This document shows, piece after piece, positions 9,876 through 19,698 of a stretch of DNA of 64,000 nt. Made by a program: the position numbers and the translations under genes. The stretch comes from Gemmatimonadales bacterium (GTDB lineage: Bacteria > Gemmatimonadota > Gemmatimonadetes > Gemmatimonadales > GWC2-71-9), in assembly GCA_035500495.1 (NCBI GenBank), contig DATJXC010000064.1:5446-69445 (forward strand), read 5' to 3'. Every line of letters begins with the position of its first letter. Position 1 is the first letter of the stretch. The notes beneath the pieces are model-generated. The model saw nothing but the letters and a program-made list of their open reading frames with translations, was not told the origin of the DNA and did not search any database.

Positions 9876-10750
9876 TTTCCCTCCATCCACGCGACGAGCT
9901 TCGTCCGCACGCTGTCGACGTCGGCCATCGCCACGGTTTCTACGGCCGTCTCGGCGAACTTGACCGGCACGCTGACGACGACCGCCGTATCGACCGGCCC
10001 CATGAGATTCTTGAGAGAGCTGATCCCCACGTCGGGACGCACCAGGCTCTGCACCGTGAACGCGGCGATGACCGTTCCTTTGACCTTGGGTTTGGCGAGG
10101 ACGGCGGCGGCGAGCGCCGCGCAGGCCGCGCGGCGGCCTGCGACCGGGGCCGCGAGCAAGCCGTTCCCATATGGATGCGGCGCCTTGGTGAGCGCCACCG
10201 GAGTGAGCACCTCGACCCCCAGGTCGAGCGCCTCGGACCGTGAGGTCGCCCCCACGTCGACGAAGGCCGAATCGACGCTGAACGGCTCGTCCGACGCGGT
10301 GCGTTCGCGCAGGAGATGCGTCGAATGCACGCCGACGACACCCGGCACCGGCCCGCGCCGGCCGAACAGCGTCACGCGGTGCCCTTCGAGCTGCTGGTCG
10401 AACAGTGGCGAGCGCGCGCGGCCGACCCGGCGCAGCGTGAGGTACCCGTCGTCAGTGACGTTGCCCACGACCCAGCCCATTTCGTCGAGCGGGCAGGATA
10501 GGAGCCGCTTTGGCGTCCCTCGGCCCAGCGTCATCACGACGTTCCCCGCGCGGTCGCGCGTGGCGTCCGGGAAAAGAGTCAGCAGAGAATCGGTCACCGC
10601 TCGCTCGTACCCGGTGACGGCGGTCCAGGACGCGAATCGTGTGACGAGTGCCGTGAGAGGAGGAGAGCCCTGCTGATGTGCCTGCGCGTCGCGCGCCGAG
10701 GCGTTGAGGGCGACCATGGCCACGAGGGCGATGTGGCTGCCGTACTTCAT
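9872..10750 (-). CDS. M42-like peptidase homolog with degenerate active site (probable pseudoenzyme)
   Basis: 292-aa ORF that aligns by eye to the neighbouring M42 protein (CPLDEMGWVVGNVTDDGYLTLRRVG vs AHLDEIGFRVDSIRDDGTLRIRPLG). The His of H-x-D-E, the DDR Asp and the EE pair are all replaced. The start overlaps the purN stop (ATGA). Confidence 0.7.
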   Translation of the reverse strand: MKYGSHIALVAMVALNASARDAQAHQQGSPPLTALVTRFASWTAVTGYERAVTDSLLTLFPDATRDRAGNVVMTLGRGTPKRLLSCPLDEMGWVVGNVTDDGYLTLRRVGRARSPLFDQQLEGHRVTLFGRRGPVPGVVGVHSTHLLRERTASDEPFSVDSAFVDVGATSRSEALDLGVEVLTPVALTKAPHPYGNGLLAAPVAGRRAACAALAAAVLAKPKVKGTVIAAFTVQSLVRPDVGISSLKNLMGPVDTAVVVSVPVKFAETAVETVAMADVDSVRTKLVAWMEGK

Positions 10751-11367
10751 CCCTCTCCGATCTCCAATCGCACCGGTTCCTGGGGTGCGCCGCGCCGCGC
10801 CAACTCGAGGACCACCGCCGGGAGCAGGCGATGCTCCGCTTCGAGTACGCGTGCCGCCAGTGTCTCGGGAGAATCGCCCGGAAGCACGGGCACACTCTGC
10901 TGCGCGATGATCGGGCCGCGGTCGTACTGCTCGTCGACGTAGTGCACAGTCGCTCCCGATTGATTCGTCCCACTCGCGAGGACGGCGGCATGGACCCGTT
11001 TCCCGTACATCCCCCGGCCGCCGAACCCGGGGAGCAGCGCCGGGTGGATATTAATCATGCGATGCCGGTAACGGGCGACGGCCGATGGCGGCACGAGCTT
11101 CAGATATCCGGCGAGGACGACCAGTTGGGCGTCCCCCACCGCGGCGAGAAACTCGGCGGGGTCGTTCGGATTGGCGAGCACGGTCGTGGGGACTCCCGCG
11201 CGCCGCGCCCGATCGAGTGCGCCCGCATCGGGCCGGTCGGCGATCACGCGAGTGACGCGCGCCGGCGCCGGGCCCTGAAGGGCATCGAGGAGGGCCTGCA
11301 GGTTGGTGCCGCCGCCGGAAGCGAGCACCGCGACTCGGATCGGTGCAGCAGGCACGGCGGAAGTCAC
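10747..11367 (-). CDS. purN: Phosphoribosylglycinamide formyltransferase
   Basis: Motifs IRVAVLASGGGTNLQAL, GYLKLV, MINIHPALLPGFGG and GATVHYVDEQYDRGPII. GTG 11367 overlaps the gmhB stop (GTGA). The 295-aa track ORF is over-extended. Confidence 0.9.
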   Translation of the reverse strand: MTSAVPAAPIRVAVLASGGGTNLQALLDALQGPAPARVTRVIADRPDAGALDRARRAGVPTTVLANPNDPAEFLAAVGDAQLVVLAGYLKLVPPSAVARYRHRMINIHPALLPGFGGRGMYGKRVHAAVLASGTNQSGATVHYVDEQYDRGPIIAQQSVPVLPGDSPETLAARVLEAEHRLLPAVVLELARRGAPQEPVRLEIGEG

Positions 11368-11942
11368 GCCGGACTCCGGGGCGACTTGAGGGCATCGACG
11401 ATCGCCGCGGCAGCCGCCGCGAGGTCCGGCACGATCGCAATGCCCAGGGCGGCAGCCTGATCGGCGTGTGAGTTGCCGAGGCCGGTTTGCACCAGGATGC
11501 CCACGCCGCCGAGCCGGCGAGCGGGCTCGACGTCGGACAGGCGATCCCCCACGTACCACGAGCGAGCGAGATCCAACCCCAGCTCGTCCGAGGCCCGCGT
11601 GTAGAGCAGGATCCCCGGTTTGCGGCACTCGCACGGTCCCGAGATCTCCGGGAGATGCGGGCAGTAATAGGCGGCGTCCAGGTGGGCGTCCTCCGCGGCC
11701 AGGAGCTCGGTAAGCCGGTGTTGCACGGCCTCGTAGGCGGGGACCCCGTAGAGTCCGCGCGCGATCCCCGACTGGTTGCTCACGACGACGACCACGAGCC
11801 CGGCCCGGTTCAGGTGGCGGATGGCTCCGGCCGCGCCCGGGAGCAGCCGCACCTGCGCGGGGTCGGCCAGGAACCCCGGGTCGTCCACGATCGTCCCATC
11901 GCGGTCGAGAAAGACGGCCCGGCGCAGGACCGAATCAGCCAT
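11364..11942 (-). CDS. gmhB: HAD-IIIA phosphatase, D,D-heptose 1,7-bisphosphate phosphatase-like
   Basis: Motifs FLDRDGTI (DxDGT), VVSNQSGIARG, the Zn-finger-like C-P-H...C-E-C-RKPG, and YVGDRLSDV. Confidence 0.8.
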   Translation of the reverse strand: MADSVLRRAVFLDRDGTIVDDPGFLADPAQVRLLPGAAGAIRHLNRAGLVVVVVSNQSGIARGLYGVPAYEAVQHRLTELLAAEDAHLDAAYYCPHLPEISGPCECRKPGILLYTRASDELGLDLARSWYVGDRLSDVEPARRLGGVGILVQTGLGNSHADQAAALGIAIVPDLAAAAAAIVDALKSPRSPA

Positions 11943-13296
11943 GCAGGGCGGCCGTGATGCCGCGGGCGAGCGCCGCGATCTGCGAGGGGAGGATGGTGCG
12001 GGGATCGAGGACCACGTGGTCGTCCTCGATGCGCGCGATGATGGGAGGATCGCCGAGGCGCAACCGGTCGGTGAGCGCGTCCGGGCTCACTGCCCCCCCG
12101 TCGAGGCGCACCAGCCAGGTCGGCAGCTTCGCGCCTGGGAACGAGCCGCCGCCCACCTCGGACATCCCTTCCATTATCTCCGCGCGAGCCACCGCTTCGA
12201 CCCCGGCGCGGATCTTCTCGGCGCGACGCCGGATCTCCGAACGATCCTCGGTGAGCATCCGCAGGGTGGGGATCTCCCTTCGCGCCGTTTCGGGGTCCCG
12301 GTACAACGCCAGTGTCGCGTCGAGCGCGGCGAGAGTGTACTTGTCCGCGCGCACCGCCCGGGCGAGGGGGTCGGTACGGCAGGCTTCGATGGCGGCGCTC
12401 GTACCGAGCAGGATTCCCGCCTGCGGTCCACCAAGAAGCTTGTCCCCCGAGAAGACGACGACATCCATGCCGCTCGCGACCGCTTCGCGAACCGTGGGCT
12501 CTCCGGACAATCCCCACCTGGACAGATCGGCGAGCAGGCCGGAGCCGAGGTCATAGATCCCGGCTGCACCCGAGACGCGCGCGAGCTGTGCCAGCTCCGC
12601 CGGTGGCACTTCGGCCGTGAATCCGGTGACCTGGAAGTTCGAGCGATGCACCTTCAGCACGGCCCGGGTGCGGTGCCCGATCGCCCGGGTGTAGTCGTCG
12701 ATGTGGGTGCGGTTGGTGGTGCCGACCTCGACCAGCGTGGCCCCCGAGCGGGCCAGGATGTCGGGGATGCGGAACGCGCCCCCGATCTCGACCAGCTCCC
12801 CGCGCGACACGATCGCCTCGCCGCCGCGCGCCAGGGCGGACAGGGCGAGGAGCAGCGCTCCCGCGGCGTTGTTCACGACCAGCGCATCGGACGCACCGGT
12901 CAATTCGGTCAAGAGGGCGCGCGAAATCGCGTGGCGGGAGCCGCGTGCGCCCTGACCGAGGTCGTACTCGAGGCTGACGTAGGATTGGGCGACCGCCGTC
13001 ATAGCGTTCACCGCCGCCGGGGCGAGCAGCGAGCGGCCGAGATTCGTGTGGAGCACCACTCCGGTCGCGTTGATGACCGGCACGAGCGAGGGCGCCGCGA
13101 GCTCGCCGATCCGGCCGGCGACCGCCGCCGGCCATCCCTGTTGCGGCTCGGCCCCTCCCGCGGAACGCGCGGCATCGAGCGTCTCGCGCACGGCGCGTAC
13201 GACCAGGGCGCGCGGGTGGGCGCGGGCGAGGGCCGCGACCTCGGGGCTTGCAAGCAGCACGTCGACGGCAGGGAGGTTGCGGCGCGGATCGCTCAT
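11935..13296 (-). CDS. selA: L-seryl-tRNA(Sec) selenium transferase (selenocysteine synthase)
   Basis: Starts MSDPRRNLPAVDVLL. Contains INATGVVLHTNLGRS, YVSLEYDLGQGARGSR, VVNNAAGALLL, VSRGELVEIGGAFRIPD, KVHRSNF and the PLP-Lys motif FSGDKLLGGPQAGIL. ATG 13296 overlaps the upstream stop (ATGA). The 820-aa track ORF is over-extended. Confidence 0.9.
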   Translation of the reverse strand: MSDPRRNLPAVDVLLASPEVAALARAHPRALVVRAVRETLDAARSAGGAEPQQGWPAAVAGRIGELAAPSLVPVINATGVVLHTNLGRSLLAPAAVNAMTAVAQSYVSLEYDLGQGARGSRHAISRALLTELTGASDALVVNNAAGALLLALSALARGGEAIVSRGELVEIGGAFRIPDILARSGATLVEVGTTNRTHIDDYTRAIGHRTRAVLKVHRSNFQVTGFTAEVPPAELAQLARVSGAAGIYDLGSGLLADLSRWGLSGEPTVREAVASGMDVVVFSGDKLLGGPQAGILLGTSAAIEACRTDPLARAVRADKYTLAALDATLALYRDPETARREIPTLRMLTEDRSEIRRRAEKIRAGVEAVARAEIMEGMSEVGGGSFPGAKLPTWLVRLDGGAVSPDALTDRLRLGDPPIIARIEDDHVVLDPRTILPSQIAALARGITAALHG

Positions 13297-14665
13297 GGCT
13301 TGGTCGAATCGCGCGGCGACGGCGGGGCCGAGGGAGGGACAGGCGCCGGTTTGGCGGCGTGCGTCGTATCGGTCGGCGCGGGTGGCTTGGCCTTGGGAAT
13401 GACGAGCACGTTGTGACTCGTCGCGACCGCTCCGTTCAGGTTCACCGCACCGGCCACCTCGACATAGTACTTGGCCCCCGGCACCAGCGCCGCCCCCTTG
13501 CCCAGTCGGACCACGATCTTGTCCTGGGGAACGGGGCGTTGCGCGATCAGCCGCCGCGCGGCGGAGTCGGACGCGGCGGGTCGGCCGGCGGCGGGACCGG
13601 CGGTCACGCCGGGCGCACCGCCCGGTGGTGGGGCGAATGGGCGGCGGAGCCCGGTATCGCGCGCGGGGGGCCGAACCCGGACCCGTGTCGTATCGACCTT
13701 GTGCGTCGTGTCCTTGGGGGCGAGCCGCGCCAGCGAATCCTGGCGCAGCGAGTCCGCCACCGCGCGCTCGCGTTTGGTGACCGAGTCGTATTGTGTGGAG
13801 GTGAGGACCGCGGCCACGGGGACCGGGGTCGAGTCGGGAAGCGTGAGGAAGCGCACCTTCAACGAATCGAGCGGCTGGTAGGGATCGAGCGGGAGCGTGA
13901 ACGTGATCCGGAAGGCCACCGAATCCACCGGATCGAGCGATTGCAGACGGGGGCCCAGTGTGTCGTGAATGAAGGCCCAGAGCGTGGTCTGCGCCGAGGT
14001 GTCCACGGTAACGACCGCGGAGTCGAATGCCTCGCGCCGGTCGCGCTGACGGTTGTTGTTCTGGTCCACGATGGCCATCACGACGTAGCGCCCGGGGGGA
14101 ACCTGATCGAAGCGGAATCGGCCGGCCGAGTCGGTGAGGGTCAAGTAGGCGGCGCTGTCCGGGAGCAGAGCGGCCCGGATCAGGCCATTGACCAGCACGC
14201 GCTGCTCGGTCCACATCACCGCGGTCCCCGACAGCGATGCCGACGGGATCTCCGGTCCCGTCGAAAAGACGACGGTCCGGCCCTGCTTGATCACGTTGCG
14301 CCGCAGGTCCGCGATGCCGGGGAGGATCTGCAGGTGGTAGATGCGGTTCTGCTTCCATCCTTCCTTGGGTTTGACGCCGATGGCGCTGCGATGCCACGAG
14401 ACCTTCACCGGACCCACGACCGGGGAGAGCAGGATGCGCGAGGCCAGCCCCGACACCGAGCCCCCGGTGCTCCCGCTGGCCCCCGTTCCGGGTTGTTCGT
14501 CGATGACTTCGTCGAACTGGATCACGAAGTCATCGTGAAGATCCGGCGTGATGCTCCCCGAATCGGGCCGGACCCAGATGATGGACGGAGGCGTGACGTC
14601 GGGCGGACCGCCGGGCGGCTCGCCCATGTTCGCGCAGGCGGCGGCCGCGGTGGCGGCCGCCACGC

Positions 14666-17425
<2,760 letters not shown>

Positions 17426-17431
17426 TGGCTA

Positions 17432-17437
17432 ATAATA
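17432..17437 (-). promoter_or_regulatory. -10-like hexamer TATTAT exactly 6 nt upstream of the valS ATG (leaderless-type geometry)
   Basis: The minus strand reads cc-TATTAT-tagcca-ATG. No Shine-Dalgarno sequence is possible in a 6-nt spacer. Confidence 0.4.
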
Positions 17438-17503
17438 GGCGGATCGGCGTGGAGACGGATGGGCGATCCCGAGTGCGGCTATCCGGCCATCCGCCCATCC
17501 TTC

Positions 17504-17509
17504 TATAAT
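17504..17509 (+). promoter_or_regulatory. Consensus -10 hexamer TATAAT exactly 6 nt upstream of the ATG of the 52-aa ORF
   Basis: The plus strand reads ttc-TATAAT-tccggc-ATG. I saw no convincing -35 element. Confidence 0.45.
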
Positions 17510-17515
17510 TCCGGC

Positions 17516-17674
17516 ATGGCCGACGAGCCCATCATCGTTCCCGCGAACCGTCTGTGGCGCTGGCTGGTCCTCGCCACGCTCCTGATCGGAGCGATCGCCC
17601 TGTATTTCCGCGACGCCAGCCGCCTGCAATCCTTCGATGCGGGCACGTTCCCGACCCAGAGCGACTCCCGATGA
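17516..17674 (+). CDS. 52-aa single-pass membrane micro-protein, translationally coupled to thrS
   Basis: MADEPIIVPANRLWRWLVLATLLIGAIALYFRDASRLQSFDAGTFPTQSDSR has one clear TM helix. Its stop overlaps the thrS ATG (ATGA). It is the in-frame tail of an otherwise spurious 688-aa antisense ORF. Confidence 0.5.
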   Translation: MADEPIIVPANRLWRWLVLATLLIGAIALYFRDASRLQSFDAGTFPTQSDSR

Positions 17675-19629
17675 CCGTAGCCGGCGCGGAGATCCAGGTC
17701 ACGCTCCCCGATGGGAGCGCTCGATCGCTCCCCGCGGGGGCCACCGCGGCCGATCTCGCGCAGGCGATCGGCCCGGGACTCGCCAAGGCCGCGCTCGCCG
17801 CGCGGGTCAACGGAGAAGTGCGGGATCTGCTGCGCCCGCTCCCCGACGGCGCCCAGGTCTCGATTCTGACCGATCGCGATCCGCAGGCGCTCGACGTGCT
17901 GCGGCATTCTGCGGCGCACCTGCTCGCGACGGCGGTGCGCCAGATCTTCCCGCAAGCGAAGATCGGGTTCGGGCCGGCCATCGAGGACGGCTTCTATTAC
18001 GACTTCGAAGTCCCCACGCCGTTCACGCCCGAAGACCTCCACAAGATCGAAGCGCAAATGCGCGAGGTGGCGGCGGCGAATCATCCGTTCGTGCGCGAGG
18101 AAGTGGACCGCCCCGAAGCCAAGCGGCGCTTCAAGGACGATCCCCTCAAGCTCGAGCGCATCGAGGACCTCGGCCCTGACGAAGTGATCTCCGTGTACAC
18201 CGACGGCCCGTTCGTGGACCTGTGTCGGGGCCCGCATCTGCCCGGCACCGGGAAGATCAAGCACTTCAAGCTGCTGCATGCGGCGGGGGCGTACTGGCGG
18301 GGCGATGAGCGGCGCCAGATGCTGCAGCGCATCTACGGCACCGCCTGGTTCTCCAAGGACGACCTCGAGAGCTACCTGCGTCGCCTCGAAGAGGCGCGCA
18401 AGCGCGATCACCGGGTGATCGGCAAGCAGCTCGATCTGTTTTCGATCCAGGAGGACGTCGGTCCCGGATTGATCTTCTGGCACCCCAAGGGGGCGATGAT
18501 CAACTTCCAGCTGCGCCGCTTCATCGAGGACGTGATTCTCGAGCGCGGCTACCAGCTGGTCTACACGCCCAATGTGACGCGTGAGCAGCTGTTCCTGCGC
18601 TCGGGGCACCTGCCGCTGTACGCCGAGAACCAGTTCCCGGCGATGGCCGCGGGTGAGGGCGAGTCGGAGGACGTCCGCTACCGCGTGAAGCCGATGAACT
18701 GCCCGATGCACATCCTGGTGTACGCCTCGCAGCAGCGCAGTTATCGCGACCTCCCGATCCGGCTCGCCGAGATTGCCAACGTCTACCGCAACGAGCGCTC
18801 GGGGACCCTGCACGGCATGCTGCGGGTGCGCGGCTTGTCGATGGACGACGCGCACATCTTTCTCCGCGAAGACCAGATCGAAGACGAGATCTTCAAGCTG
18901 CTCGACATCGTCGAGCTGGTACTCGGCAAGACGTTTGGACTGACCTACCGGCTCGATCTCGCGACCCGGCCGGCGAAAAAGCTCGGGGCCGACGCAATGT
19001 GGGACGTGGCCGAGCGCGGCCTCGAAGGAGCGCTCAAGCGGCGGGGGATCACCTATCGTCTGGACCAGGGCGGCGGCGCTTTCTACGGACCCAAGATCGA
19101 CGTCAAGTTCAACGACGCGATCGGCCGGGAGTGGCAGGGGGCGACGATCCAGCTCGATTTCCAGCTGCCGGAGCGGTTCCAGCTCGAGTACACGGGGGCG
19201 GACAACAAGGCGCACCGGCCGGTGATGATCCACCGGGCGATCTATGGGACCTTGGAGCGGTTCGTGGGGTTTCTGATCGAGCACTTCGCCGGGGCGTTCC
19301 CGCTGTGGCTCGCGCCGGAGCAGGTCCGGGTGTTGCCGATCGCCGACGCGCAGGTGGAGGCGGCGCGCCGCGTGGATGCCGCCCTGCGGACGGCGGGCCT
19401 CCGCTCCATGGTGGATGAACGCAGTGAGACGTTGAATTACAAGGTCCGGGACGGCGAAACGCACAAGGTGCCGTATCTCGCCGTGGTGGGGCAGCGGGAA
19501 GCGGACGCCGGGACGGTGGCGGTGCGGGTCCGGGGTTCGGCCGAGAAGCAGAAAGTGATGCCGATGGAGGAGTTCACGCGTCAGCTCGGCGATGAAGTCC
19601 GCACTCGTTCACTCAAACCACTGATCTAG
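17671..19629 (+). CDS. thrS: Threonine--tRNA ligase
   Basis: The TGS-domain start MTVAGAEIQVTLPDGS... is followed by a class II core (YRNERSGTLHGMLRVRGLSMDDAHIF; GGGAFYGPKIDV) and an anticodon-binding C-terminus. I chose the internal ATG at 17671. Confidence 0.93.
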   Translation: MTVAGAEIQVTLPDGSARSLPAGATAADLAQAIGPGLAKAALAARVNGEVRDLLRPLPDGAQVSILTDRDPQALDVLRHSAAHLLATAVRQIFPQAKIGFGPAIEDGFYYDFEVPTPFTPEDLHKIEAQMREVAAANHPFVREEVDRPEAKRRFKDDPLKLERIEDLGPDEVISVYTDGPFVDLCRGPHLPGTGKIKHFKLLHAAGAYWRGDERRQMLQRIYGTAWFSKDDLESYLRRLEEARKRDHRVIGKQLDLFSIQEDVGPGLIFWHPKGAMINFQLRRFIEDVILERGYQLVYTPNVTREQLFLRSGHLPLYAENQFPAMAAGEGESEDVRYRVKPMNCPMHILVYASQQRSYRDLPIRLAEIANVYRNERSGTLHGMLRVRGLSMDDAHIFLREDQIEDEIFKLLDIVELVLGKTFGLTYRLDLATRPAKKLGADAMWDVAERGLEGALKRRGITYRLDQGGGAFYGPKIDVKFNDAIGREWQGATIQLDFQLPERFQLEYTGADNKAHRPVMIHRAIYGTLERFVGFLIEHFAGAFPLWLAPEQVRVLPIADAQVEAARRVDAALRTAGLRSMVDERSETLNYKVRDGETHKVPYLAVVGQREADAGTVAVRVRGSAEKQKVMPMEEFTRQLGDEVRTRSLKPLI

Positions 19630-19698
19630 CTTCACCAGGCCGACGGTGGTCGTTGCTTCTCTAATGAACGGGACGTGGTCCCGAGGAATGGAGTCGTG

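Noticed and set aside
17503-19464. 653-aa minus-strand ORF antisense to thrS. Similar cases: 15608..17515 (plus strand, antisense to valS), 5111..7231 (antisense to the DUF2723 gene), 19609..21918, 39461..41479, 31545..32264, 33146..34447 and 29719..31158.
   Set aside because: All overlap genes with unambiguous family motifs on the other strand. They have Arg/Gly/Pro/His-rich compositions without motifs, which is the classic high-GC shadow-ORF pattern.
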